Shown here: piece after piece, positions 33,265-41,532 of the stretch | How the letters are laid out: each line of letters starts with the position of its first letter | Position numbering within the stretch: position 1 is the stretch's first letter | IMG/VR virus record: IMGVR_UViG_3300033568_000036 | Location: 1-41,532 of that record | DNA: 41,532 nucleotides | Direction: 5' to 3' (one strand) | DNA from: a virus | Lineage: Duplodnaviria > Caudoviricetes | Program-made: the position numbers and the translations under genes | The notes under the pieces: generated by a model | Seen by the model: the letters and a program-made list of their open reading frames with translations, nothing else | Database searches by the model: none | Told to the model about the DNA's origin: nothing

Positions 33265-33956
33265 GAGGGACTCCCGTGTCTGACCACCGCCGCCAACCGC
33301 TTCATCCACTTCCGGTCCAGCAGTTCACGCCGGGACAGGTGGCCTTCTGCGTGGTGCAGCATCCAGCCGCCGCCCAGGTACACCGCGCAATGGGTGATCG
33401 TCTTGGCGGCCATGCGGAAGAGCAGCGCGTCCCCTTCCCGGAGCGAGTCGAAGGCCACCGGCACGAAGCCCGCCGCCTCCATGTGTGCCAGGTGCGGCTC
33501 GAAGCCGCTCTCCCAGAAGTGCGGCTCCCGCACGAAGTCCGGCAGGGCCAGGGCCCGGTTCTGGGCGTACCAGTTCCGGACGATGCTCCAGCAGTCGTCC
33601 ACCCCGAAGGCGTACTGGCGGCCCAAGAGGGGGCGAGAGGAAGGGTCCAGCCGCCGCCACCGGCCCGCCGGGTTGACGATCCACCACGGCAGTTGCGTGG
33701 CCTGGCAGTTGGACAGGTCCGTCCCGGACGGCTCCGTGCTGCCGGAGTGGCTGTGGACGTAGCCCAGCAGCCGTCCGGCGTCCTCAGCCGCCGCCAGGGA
33801 GACGGGGGCGAAGTTGACGTGAGCGTTCCCAGCAGCGAGATTTTGGCAGGGCCAGTAGCAGGGGGCGCCCGCGATCTCCACGAGGACAGCCGCGGCTTCC
33901 CGGGGGGTGCAGAGCCGGGCGTCGGCCACTGCCGTGGCCAGAAGTTCCGGCGTCAC
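33261..33956 (-). CDS. Tail tip assembly protein K (JAB plus NlpC/P60)
   Basis: PRE, VHSHS..PSGTD, GVDDCW, HCAVYLG and MLHH. Confidence 0.93.
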   Translation of the reverse strand: MTPELLATAVADARLCTPREAAAVLVEIAGAPCYWPCQNLAAGNAHVNFAPVSLAAAEDAGRLLGYVHSHSGSTEPSGTDLSNCQATQLPWWIVNPAGRWRRLDPSSRPLLGRQYAFGVDDCWSIVRNWYAQNRALALPDFVREPHFWESGFEPHLAHMEAAGFVPVAFDSLREGDALLFRMAAKTITHCAVYLGGGWMLHHAEGHLSRRELLDRKWMKRLAAVVRHGSPS

Positions 33957-34594
33957 CGAATCCGTCCCGCGCCAGGGAACCCGCCGAACGGGAGGTCCGC
34001 GTCCGCGCCCCAGTGGAACTTGCAGCCCGCCGCGCCTTCAATGGTCTTGTCGCAGACCCCGCCCACGGAATAGGTGCAGATCGCCGCGTCATTCCAGGTG
34101 CAGACCGTGGCCTGGATCAGCCGGGCCGGAAGACGCAGCCCATGCACGTCCATGGCGGAGGCCAACTCGAAGACGATTTGTTCCTTGTCCTCGGAAACCT
34201 TCCGCTCCACGAGGTAGACATCATCCTCGAACTCCTGGGTGGGATCGGCGCCGGGCATGCCGTCCAGGTACTGGATCAGGGTCCGCTTGCGGGTGACGAT
34301 GGCACCGACCAAATCCTCCAGGTCCCGGACCAGGAGGCCGATCACACCGCCGATGTTGGAGATCGTGAGGGTGGGCCGGGGTAGCGTCCCCTTGCTGGTG
34401 ATCTCAAACCCTTCCGCCTTGACCGGGAACGCCGTGTAGGTGTTGCCCTGCCAGACGACATCACCGCCAGCCCCGTCCGTCCCCGCGTAGAAGCGCGACA
34501 CGGCGCCGCCGGCGATGCCTGTGGCGTCCAGCACGAAGCCAGTCCAGATCCCGCCTGGGGTCAGGCTTTGAATATCTGAGGTTGGAGCGGGCAT
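33953..34594 (-). CDS. Minor tail protein L (lambda gpL-like)
   Basis: VWQGNTY...P....FE....GTLPRPTL.ISN, FELAS, four Cys and LPFGGFPG. Confidence 0.93.
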   Translation of the reverse strand: MPAPTSDIQSLTPGGIWTGFVLDATGIAGGAVSRFYAGTDGAGGDVVWQGNTYTAFPVKAEGFEITSKGTLPRPTLTISNIGGVIGLLVRDLEDLVGAIVTRKRTLIQYLDGMPGADPTQEFEDDVYLVERKVSEDKEQIVFELASAMDVHGLRLPARLIQATVCTWNDAAICTYSVGGVCDKTIEGAAGCKFHWGADADLPFGGFPGAGRIR

Positions 34595-34612
34595 GGTGGC
34601 TCACTTGAAGGG

Positions 34613-34960
34613 TTAGAACGCTTCTCGGAGGGTGAAGGTCAGGGTTTCGACGTTGTAGGAGAGCCAGCGCCGGTCCCACTTCTCAGGGACGCGCCAGCGC
34701 TTGGCCGCAGCGCCCGTGGTGGGTGCGGTCCAGGCCAGCCGGTCCCCGGTGCTCTGTGCGCTCACCAGGGAGGCCACGAGGGTGTTCATCGCCGTGTGGG
34801 TCATCGGCGGCGTGGTGATCTCCCAGATCTCCACCACGTTGTTGATGCCGTCCGGCGCGTCCTGGGAGTAGCCGTCCCCGAACTGGCAGGACAGCTGCCT
34901 AGCTTCAAACCGATTGGAAGAGCGCTCATCCACAGAAACGGTCAGGGTCACGTCAGCCAT
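34613..34960 (-). CDS. Distal tail protein (lambda gpM-like)
   Basis: QFGDGYSQ..PDGINN, W..P and TFTLREAF. Confidence 0.88.
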   Translation of the reverse strand: MADVTLTVSVDERSSNRFEARQLSCQFGDGYSQDAPDGINNVVEIWEITTPPMTHTAMNTLVASLVSAQSTGDRLAWTAPTTGAAAKRWRVPEKWDRRWLSYNVETLTFTLREAF

Positions 34961-37239
34961 CACGCCCTCCCGGGGTTCAGGAGGCCGTTGGGCCGCATTT
35001 CATCCATGAGGACCCCGCGCACCTTGGCGTCAATCAGGCGACCAAGATCCACGCCGCCCTTCCCGGAGGTCTGCGTGTCTGACTTGGCGGTGCCTTCCTG
35101 GACGTTGACGGTGATCGTGGTGGAGATCTGCGGGGCCTCTTGGGTGGAGCCGGGGGCTAGGCCGTAGCCCGTGCCGCCGCTCATACCGGAGCCGTCGCCG
35201 TTGAAGGGGCCTGTGCCCGAGCCGGTCTGGCTGCCTGCGCCTGCCCCGCCGAGGGAATTGCCACCGGCGGAGAAGAACGCACCGAGGCCGATCTCCAGCA
35301 GTTGGGCGAAGGCCTTCTGAGCGTAGAGCCGGGCCAGCTCAGCCAGGATGGACGACACCAGCTCCTTAAACTGCATCTTGCCGGTGGTGACGAAGTTGCT
35401 GAAGGCCTGACCCATGCGGTCCGTGACGGTCTGCATGACCAGGGCGATGTTTTCCAGGGAGCCGCCGGCGGAGCGCTGCAGTTCAATCCAGCGGCGCCGG
35501 TAGGCTTCCAGGGTGGGGATGGCACCGGTGTTGAGCATGTCGTCTAGGTGCTTGAGGCCCCTCGCAGTCCTTTCCTCCGGCGTCTCCGTGTCGAGGCCGA
35601 GGTTGCGGGCGTCGTCCAGTGTGCGCTGCTGGGAGGGGAGCAGTTCGGGGCGCTCAGGCCGGAGGTCGATGTATTCCTGGGCCTTCTCGAACATCTGCTG
35701 GCGGAGGTCCACCTGCTTCTTGATGGCCGCAGACTCAGCTTCCAGGGCGTTGCGCTCGTTCTGGGTGGCGACGATGAAGTCGAGCGTGGCCTGGTTCGCG
35801 CCCATCTTCTGGGCCTTCAGGCGCTCCACTACATCGGCGCTCATGCCGATATTCGCCCGCTCTTCCCGGTACCGTTCCACTAGTTTGACCAAGGCATCCG
35901 CGTGGCGCTTGGCCTCCGCAGAAGCCTCAGCATGGGCGCCGGCCTCCTTCTTCACGTTGTCCGTCACGACCTTGACCTTCGGGATGACGCCCGCCGTCTC
36001 CAGGCTCTGCATGAGCTTTTCCCAGCGGCTGCTGACCACATCGGCCTGCTCAGACCCGAACAGGTCCAGCCCCGTCGCGGCTGCGTCCAGCTTGCGGATC
36101 TTGCCCGCGCCGATGTTGAACAGGAGATCCGTCTGGGTCAGCTTCGCCATGCGCCGAAGGCTGTTTTCCGCTTCGATGAACGGCGTGGTGAAGTTCTTGA
36201 TGGTCCAGGCCGTGAACTGGGCGAACGTGCCCGCGACCGCGCGGACCGTCGCATCTAGACCGTTCAAAATGATTGCCACCATCTGGAGGGTCCGGGCGAA
36301 AAACCCGCTCTCCACGCCAGCTTCTCCGGTGGCGGTGGCGACCAGTCCAATGTCCTTCACGAGATCGCCCGCAGCCCGGGCCGCGATGGTGATGGAATCC
36401 ACGAACTCGCGCACGGAGCCTTCGTTCTTCCCTGCCCACTCCGAGAGCCCTTCGCTGACATCCTTGATCCCCTTGGACAGATCGAAAACCAGCGCCGTGA
36501 GCGCGGGCTGGAAGAGGGTGCCGAACTTGACCTGGAGGTCTTCCACGTACCGCTTCATGGACTGCATCTGCTTTCCAGCGGTCCCCATGGAGGCCTCGTA
36601 GGCCCCCGACTTCTTGGCGGCATCGTCCAGGACGATCTGCTGACGGAGCAGGGCCTTTTCCTGGGCCGTGAGGGTGTCCACCGTCTTGCCGATGGTGGGC
36701 GCCAGGCGCTTGTACCCGTCCTCCCAGGACACCATGATCCCCATCGTTTTGAGGATTTCGAGCTCACCCGATTGGATGCCCCGCGTCATGCGCTGGAAAG
36801 CCTCCGAGGAATTGATGCCTGCGATGACCGCCGCGTCTTGGGCCGCCCGGGCGAGCTGGGAGGCCTTGCCCAGGTCAAGCTGGGCCGCCGCCATCATGTT
36901 CAGGGAGTCCCGGGCAGCGATCATGCTGATGCCGGTGTCCTGGAGGGTCTTCTGAAACTCGTCCATTTGGGCCCGCGTGTAGCCTGCGTTGTTGCCCAGG
37001 ACGCCCATCACCACGCCCAGGGTTTCGTACCGGGCGGCCAGCATGATCGAGCTTTCCACGGCCTTCGTCACCCCGAGGACCGCGAGGACCCCCGCGAGCG
37101 CGCCAAAGGCCCCGGACAGCGCGCCGGCACTCTTCTCTGCCTTCGCCCCCGCCGCCGTCATCTTGTCCAGCTCGCGCGTGGCATTGGACGCCTCAATGGC
37201 GTCCACTCGGATCTTCAGGTTTGCGAGGTCGGCAGCCAC
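34960..37239 (-). CDS. Tape measure protein
   Basis: 759 aa, Ala-rich and helical. Lambda-like C-terminus (FVTTGK..FKELV.SIL.EL, EMRPNGLL). Confidence 0.93.
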   Translation of the reverse strand: MAADLANLKIRVDAIEASNATRELDKMTAAGAKAEKSAGALSGAFGALAGVLAVLGVTKAVESSIMLAARYETLGVVMGVLGNNAGYTRAQMDEFQKTLQDTGISMIAARDSLNMMAAAQLDLGKASQLARAAQDAAVIAGINSSEAFQRMTRGIQSGELEILKTMGIMVSWEDGYKRLAPTIGKTVDTLTAQEKALLRQQIVLDDAAKKSGAYEASMGTAGKQMQSMKRYVEDLQVKFGTLFQPALTALVFDLSKGIKDVSEGLSEWAGKNEGSVREFVDSITIAARAAGDLVKDIGLVATATGEAGVESGFFARTLQMVAIILNGLDATVRAVAGTFAQFTAWTIKNFTTPFIEAENSLRRMAKLTQTDLLFNIGAGKIRKLDAAATGLDLFGSEQADVVSSRWEKLMQSLETAGVIPKVKVVTDNVKKEAGAHAEASAEAKRHADALVKLVERYREERANIGMSADVVERLKAQKMGANQATLDFIVATQNERNALEAESAAIKKQVDLRQQMFEKAQEYIDLRPERPELLPSQQRTLDDARNLGLDTETPEERTARGLKHLDDMLNTGAIPTLEAYRRRWIELQRSAGGSLENIALVMQTVTDRMGQAFSNFVTTGKMQFKELVSSILAELARLYAQKAFAQLLEIGLGAFFSAGGNSLGGAGAGSQTGSGTGPFNGDGSGMSGGTGYGLAPGSTQEAPQISTTITVNVQEGTAKSDTQTSGKGGVDLGRLIDAKVRGVLMDEMRPNGLLNPGRA

Positions 37240-37240
37240 G

Positions 37241-37588
37241 TCATGACCCCTTTTCGTTCATCACCCGCAGAAACGTCATGTCGAAGGCCTTCAGCATTCG
37301 GACCTCTTCGGGCCACATGACCGTGCCCGTCAGGTCGCAATAGGCCTTGATGTCTGAGAAGGCCAGCCCCTTGTTTCCGCCCCGGCCCGTGCTGCACTCC
37401 ATGAACCAGCCGAAGACGTGCGCGGCCTCATCCGGCATGGGCGGACCGTCCAGCCCTGCGGGGCGGATGCCCGTGGCCTTCTCGACCTGCAGCAGATGCG
37501 ACCGCGGGGAGCCGGCCTTCCCAGGCCGGTCCAGGCGGAACACATGCTCAGCAGCGGCCACGGCGGCCTCCGTCAGTGCGCGAAAAAA
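37241..37588 (-). CDS. Tail assembly chaperone frameshift extension (gpT-like)
   Basis: The -1 frame is open from the slippery site to 37241, with HVFGWF and LAFSDIKAY motifs. Confidence 0.8.
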   Translation of the reverse strand, partial: FFRALTEAAVAAAEHVFRLDRPGKAGSPRSHLLQVEKATGIRPAGLDGPPMPDEAAHVFGWFMECSTGRGGNKGLAFSDIKAYCDLTGTVMWPEEVRMLKAFDMTFLRVMNEKGS

Positions 37589-37962
37589 CGGGCGTTGTCC
37601 CGGAGCGCGGCGTCCACCTGGTCACGGAGCCAGCGCAGTTCGGGGTCGAGGTAGATTTCCACGGCCTTGTCCCGGCTGAAGGGGATCTCCGCATCCCCGT
37701 CCGTCATGCCCTTCCAGCCCAGGGTCCGGGCGGCCAGGGCGTTTGCCATGTCCCGCTCGATCCCGGTGCTGGACAGCCCCTGAAAGGCCTTGTCGCCCTT
37801 CTTGAGCTGCTTGTCCAGGGCCTCCCGGCCAGCCTTGAGCGTCTCGGGATGGGACGGGCCGGCGAGGGTGATGGACGCGCCCAAGGGCTCCCCGGTGGAG
37901 GGGTGCTCCAGGTCGAGGGTGATGGTGTCCCTGGGCGCGATGGATCGCAGATCGAATGCCAT
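37573..37962 (-). CDS. Tail assembly chaperone (gpG-like)
   Basis: LEHPSTGEPLG, LGWKG and WLRDQVD...RFF. Between tail tube and tape measure genes. Confidence 0.88.
   Translation of the reverse strand: MAFDLRSIAPRDTITLDLEHPSTGEPLGASITLAGPSHPETLKAGREALDKQLKKGDKAFQGLSSTGIERDMANALAARTLGWKGMTDGDAEIPFSRDKAVEIYLDPELRWLRDQVDAALRDNARFFAH
37582..37588 (-). other. -1 programmed ribosomal frameshift site T TTT TTC
   Basis: CGT TTT TTC GCG CAC TGA. A -1 shift gives RFFRALTEAAVAAAEHVF, in frame with the 37241 ORF. Confidence 0.85.
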
Positions 37963-37985
37963 GTGGCTTCTCCGAAAGGGTTAGA

Positions 37986-38888
37986 TCAGGTGTTGTCCCG
38001 CGTGATCTTCAAAGCCGTATCCGTCGCGTGGTACAGCGCGACAAACGGCATATCCACGACCAGCAGGCCTTCCTTGTTCACGTCCACCTTGCCGCCCGTG
38101 TACTTGATGTTGGCGAAACTGAAGGTGAGGGACTTCGTGCCGGCGGCGGCCTGGACCGTGAGGCTCGAAGCCGTCTCGTCCAGGAACTTGTTCATCAGCG
38201 TGGCGTTCTCGAAGAACGCCGAGAGGGTGCCGGTCACCTTGGCGCGCTGTGGGCTGAGGTCGTACAAGCTGGCGGAGCCGATGACCTTGGCCTCTTCCAG
38301 CTGGTTGTCCACCGTGAAGTCCAGCGCGGTCACGATGCCGATGGAGCCGCCGCCCTCCGTGATGGTGCCGGTGAAGGTGTCGTAGGGCGTCCCGGTGGCC
38401 GCCGCCGTGGTGGAGCTCCAGGCCGTGGTGCCCGCGATGTCGCAATCCTGGGCCTTGAAGCTGAATTTGCCGGTGACGATCTCGCCGGGCTTGAAACTGA
38501 CGGAGAACTTGTCCACCACCGCGCCCGTGAACAGCACGTACTGGGCGATCCCGGTGTGACCCACCTCCAGGGTGAAGCTCTTCCGAGTGGAGCCGATCTT
38601 CAGGACATCCGTGGCCCAGGCTCCGAACATGCCGGATTCCAGGAAATCGTCGTAGGCCGCGTTGGAGTGCTCCACGTCCACATCGCCCACACCCATGAGG
38701 ATGCCGTGGCGGAGATCGGAGGTCTGACGGTCGGACCGGATCTCCTTGGACTCGAAGATGTCCTTGGACGGGTTGAGGGTCAGGCCCGTGTACCGGGTGA
38801 GGATGCCGGTGGGCGTGGCGGGCGTGGTGCCCCAGGTGACTTCGGTGATGCGACCAAGTTGCGTGGCGGAACCGACTCCGATGGTCAT
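37986..38888 (-). CDS. Major tail tube protein
   Basis: EVTWGTTP, SKEIRSDRQ, RKSFTLE and VTGTLSAFF. Confidence 0.9.
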   Translation of the reverse strand: MTIGVGSATQLGRITEVTWGTTPATPTGILTRYTGLTLNPSKDIFESKEIRSDRQTSDLRHGILMGVGDVDVEHSNAAYDDFLESGMFGAWATDVLKIGSTRKSFTLEVGHTGIAQYVLFTGAVVDKFSVSFKPGEIVTGKFSFKAQDCDIAGTTAWSSTTAAATGTPYDTFTGTITEGGGSIGIVTALDFTVDNQLEEAKVIGSASLYDLSPQRAKVTGTLSAFFENATLMNKFLDETASSLTVQAAAGTKSLTFSFANIKYTGGKVDVNKEGLLVVDMPFVALYHATDTALKITRDNT

Positions 38889-38897
38889 GGCGAACTC

Positions 38898-39302
38898 CTA
38901 GACGGTGACGAAAAAGGGGACGGAGACGGGCACGGAAACCCAGTCGGCTTCATAAATGACGGGCCCCAGTTGCGGGACCTCGCACTGCACGGCCACTGCG
39001 CCTTCCGTGAGGCGCTGGCGGCTGAAGTGGTTGGCAACGGCGTCCGCCTTGGTCAGCAGGGCGCCCACCCCTTTGCCGGAGGGATAGACCACGGACAACT
39101 GGTAGATGCCCCGGTGGCGCGTGGTTCCGTCCTCGCCGATGGAGGCCATGTCGGACCCGGCGGCCAGGAGGGCGGTGCGCAGATGGGGGGTGTTGGCCGT
39201 GGGCTGGTAGGCCACGCCGGGACGCGCCACAGGTAGCGCCGGCTTGAGCGTGTCCGTGCGCTTTTCGAGCGCGACGGCAGAGAGGGTCCATGGAGCGGTC
39301 AC
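38898..39302 (-). CDS. Tail terminator-like protein
   Basis: GIYQLSVVYPSGKG...ADAVANHF. Position before the tail tube gene. GTGA-coupled. Confidence 0.75.
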   Translation of the reverse strand: MTAPWTLSAVALEKRTDTLKPALPVARPGVAYQPTANTPHLRTALLAAGSDMASIGEDGTTRHRGIYQLSVVYPSGKGVGALLTKADAVANHFSRQRLTEGAVAVQCEVPQLGPVIYEADWVSVPVSVPFFVTV

Positions 39303-39694
39303 TGGACGCTCCGGACGGCCTTGTCCACCACGGCCTGCCACTTCGCCACGGCGATGCGGGCCATGCCGGCGGGGGCCTGCTTGGAAGAGCCGTACTCAAG
39401 CTGCGTGATGTACGGCGCGTTGTTCGCCAGATAGGCCACCTTGCCGGCGCCGAACTGCTGGACCGTGGGCAGAGCCGCGGCGATGGTCGAGCCGCCGGAC
39501 TTGTCCGTGCCCTGGATCTCACCCGTGGGCGCAACGGAAATGCCGATCTGCCAGTTCGCGCGGGCGTGGCCGGTGTCCACGGGGGTCGCCAGGATGATGT
39601 CCCGGTTCAACTCGAAGACCACCTTGCGGCAGACGAGATCCATCTTCAGCCCGGTCTTTCGCCGGAAGGATGCGAGGTCAGAGGCGAAGCTCAT
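39299..39694 (-). CDS. Neck/tail completion protein (HK97 gp10-like)
   Basis: TPVDTGHARANW, NNAPY..LEYGSSKQAPAGM. Confidence 0.88.
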   Translation of the reverse strand: MSFASDLASFRRKTGLKMDLVCRKVVFELNRDIILATPVDTGHARANWQIGISVAPTGEIQGTDKSGGSTIAAALPTVQQFGAGKVAYLANNAPYITQLEYGSSKQAPAGMARIAVAKWQAVVDKAVRSVQ

Positions 39695-39873
39695 GATTGG
39701 GCCTCGTTCTCTGCCTTCTGCAGGCTCAGGACTTCGCTTTGGTAGGCCCCATTGGTGACATCCACGATCCACTTCTGGGCAAGGAGGTCAGCCGGGATGC
39801 CGTAGTAATCCGCAACCCGGTCCAGGCGCTCTCGCACCGGATCGGGGAGGTTGATCAGAAGTGCTCCCCTCAT
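39691..39873 (-). CDS. Small ribbon-helix-helix-like protein
   Basis: LLINLPDPVRERLDRVADYYGIP. ATGA overlaps at both ends. Confidence 0.6.
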   Translation of the reverse strand: MRGALLINLPDPVRERLDRVADYYGIPADLLAQKWIVDVTNGAYQSEVLSLQKAENEAQS

Positions 39874-40253
39874 CGCCGCACCAGCACTTCCAACAGCACA
39901 GGGTTGGGCCCGGCAGGCGTCGCCCGCACAGCCTTCACCGTCCAGACCGTGCCGTCCGAGGTCGTCAGGGTGTCCCCGGCGTCCGGGATGAAGGGCAGGC
40001 CCTGAGCGGAGAGGGTGGCTATGGCGTCCGACTCGCGGACCATGGACTCCCCGAACTTGGAGCCGAGGGTTTGAAGGCTGGAGGACTCCAGGAAGGCATC
40101 CACGGCGGCGGTCAAAACCGTCCCCGCCCCCGTGCTGAGGCTGCTGCTGTCGTACTCGCCGGGGGTGGTGCGGGCAAGGACTGAGGACACGGCGTTGCCG
40201 TAGCCCCGCAGGACATTCGCCGCCGTGGCCGCCAGGGAGCCGTAGAAACTCAT
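39870..40253 (-). CDS. Head closure/head-tail joining protein
   Basis: FY..LAATA...L..YG, PDAGDTL and WTVKAV. Position in the neck module. Confidence 0.75.
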   Translation of the reverse strand: MSFYGSLAATAANVLRGYGNAVSSVLARTTPGEYDSSSLSTGAGTVLTAAVDAFLESSSLQTLGSKFGESMVRESDAIATLSAQGLPFIPDAGDTLTTSDGTVWTVKAVRATPAGPNPVLLEVLVRR

Positions 40254-40735
40254 CCGCGCACCAGCGGGACGATCACGCCGGGGACAGAGCGCAGATAGGG
40301 GCGGACCAGGGCCAGGACAGCGGAGGGTAGCTTCTTGTGAGTCTCCCCCTCGACCTCCAGGCTCCCAACCTTCACGCGCCGCGCGTAGGTCGGGCCCTGG
40401 CCTTGCGTCCAGTCGTTGCTGACCAGTTGAAAGGCCATCTCCGCCTGAGCGCGCTTGAGCCAGGTGGGAATGGCGGTGGTGCTGATGGCATAGCCATCAC
40501 GGTCCTCCACTGCCGCGCGAGGCCAGGCCAGAGCCTGAGTCTTAGCGGTGCGGGCGCCGCGCCAGTCCATGGTGTCCAGCACCACAGCTGCCCAGCGGAG
40601 GTAGTTGTCCATGGTGTCGGAAGTCAACGCCGTCCAGGTGGTGGCCGTGGTCCGGATGGCGAGGTAGGCCGTGGCCTCCGCCTGGCTGGCGTAGCTGTCC
40701 GCGCTCGCGCTTCCGGAGGTGGTCACCAGGGCCAT
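40250..40735 (-). CDS. Head-tail adaptor (family often mis-annotated as DnaT-like)
   Basis: ADSYAS..EA..Y, WRG.R....QALAWPR, IP..LK.AQ.E.A and KVGSLEVE. Confidence 0.82.
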   Translation of the reverse strand: MALVTTSGSASADSYASQAEATAYLAIRTTATTWTALTSDTMDNYLRWAAVVLDTMDWRGARTAKTQALAWPRAAVEDRDGYAISTTAIPTWLKRAQAEMAFQLVSNDWTQGQGPTYARRVKVGSLEVEGETHKKLPSAVLALVRPYLRSVPGVIVPLVRG

Positions 40736-40738
40736 GGA

Positions 40739-40897
40739 TCACTCCGGCTTTGACCAGCCCGCGCCTTCGTGTGCCTTGACACACGAGGGGTGGACCAGGA
40801 TGGTTTCGCCTGCTTTCTCCAGTTCGATGAACTCAACCGCCCCCGGCTCACCCTGAGGCGAGACGGGAGCCGTTGAGATCTTCCGAGGCCGGCCCAC
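40739..40897 (-). CDS. 52-aa protein after the capsid gene (not in ORF track)
   Basis: GTG start. MGRPRK...ETILVHPSCVKAHEGAGW. Fills the gap between capsid and adaptor genes. Confidence 0.6.
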   Translation of the reverse strand: MGRPRKISTAPVSPQGEPGAVEFIELEKAGETILVHPSCVKAHEGAGWSKPE

Positions 40898-40900
40898 TGG

Positions 40901-41532
40901 TTAACCCAGCAGGGTGGCGATGAACTCGGTCTTGAGCGCCTTGACGCCCCAAGCCAGACCGACCTCGTACTTCACGCGACGATAGAGGCGGTACATGGCG
41001 ATCTGGAAGGTCAGGCCAGAGACGGGATCGGTGATGTAGATGACATCGTCGGCATCGTCGCCGCCTTCGGGCATGGCCGGGGACCGCGCGAGAAGCTTGA
41101 TCGCGTTGCGCTCGAAGACCATGTTGCCGGTGTAGGTGTTGCCGACCGTGAGCGCGTTGGCGGTGGCGATGGTGACCAGCGCGCCGGGCTTGTTGAGGCT
41201 GATCGTGCCAGGGGCGGCCACGCCGGTCCCGACCACGTACTTGTTGGTGGAATCCGCGGCGAAGGTCACCACGTCACCCGCGAGTACGGTGCCGGTGCCA
41301 GTCACCAGCGCGATGTCAGACACACCGGCGGCAGTCGAGCCGGAGGTGACGTAGGAAGCGCCCGTGCCCTTGGTGTGGGTGGTCACGGCAGCGGAGACGC
41401 CGACATTGAAGCCCTCCAGCATGCCGATGGTGCCCTGGCGCAGCAGGGAGTCGGTGCCCGCCTCATTCGCGCGGAACAGGCCAGCCTGGATGCCCCGCAG
41501 GTTGGCGGCGGCGGTGGTGCCCAGGATCATGT
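40901..41532 (-). CDS. Major capsid protein, C-terminal part (enters from the window end)
   Basis: NEAGTDSLLRQG, GDVVTFA and ITDPVSGLTFQIAMY..YRRVKYEVGLAWGVK..LLG. Confidence 0.9.
   Translation of the reverse strand, partial: MILGTTAAANLRGIQAGLFRANEAGTDSLLRQGTIGMLEGFNVGVSAAVTTHTKGTGASYVTSGSTAAGVSDIALVTGTGTVLAGDVVTFAADSTNKYVVGTGVAAPGTISLNKPGALVTIATANALTVGNTYTGNMVFERNAIKLLARSPAMPEGGDDADDVIYITDPVSGLTFQIAMYRLYRRVKYEVGLAWGVKALKTEFIATLLG

Larger units (their letters stand above)
1..41532. mobile_element. Temperate siphovirus genome, near complete, circularly permuted, excised form
   Basis: Head, tail, lysis, replication, immunity and integration modules are all present. The capsid gene is split across the window ends. 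attP is internal and no host genes are seen. Confidence 0.95.

Noticed and set aside
30721-33762. 1013-aa plus-strand ORF, and similar long ORFs at 2020-3615, 8224-9684, 10354-12135, 11708-13096, 18816-20507, 28267-29934 and 37956-39236
   Set aside because: Antisense shadows of well-supported genes in high-GC DNA. No motifs, and composition typical of reverse-frame reads.
40250-40735. DnaT-like replication protein
   Set aside because: Position between capsid and head-closure genes indicates a head-tail adaptor.
1-41532. Alternative genetic code, or a named host
   Set aside because: Genes tile the genome under the standard code with all three stops used. Host identity cannot be established without a search.

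Overview
The window is a near-complete, circularly permuted genome of a GC-rich temperate siphovirus in its excised form: attP is intact and no host genes flank it. The major capsid gene is split across the two window ends. A minus-strand arm runs cro, a structured ~0.6 kb spacer, cII, rlpA-like, primase-helicase, iteron origin, VRR-NUC, C5 methyltransferase, terS, terL, HTH regulator, lysis genes, collagen-like fibre, portal, head genes, lambda-like tail genes and a metallophosphoesterase. A plus-strand arm runs cI, immA, a membrane protein, Sak4/SSB/ParB, mosaic accessory genes, xis and int. The two arms converge on a tRNA-Thr(CGT)-derived attP. Spanins imply a diderm host, which I cannot name from sequence. 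The most notable observations are: (1) a methyltransferase locus encoded in two fully overlapping 308-codon frames that share out the conserved motifs; (2) a dense array of RNA stems between cro and cII; (3) a candidate late-activation circuit made of an HTH gene and two TGTGAC-N7-GTCACA sites; (4) a stand-alone copy of the primase helical (PriCT-like) domain; (5) ORFs translationally coupled across the origin and the structured spacer; (6) a full-length degenerate tRNA at attP. All product calls come from motif recognition by eye. No searches were run.
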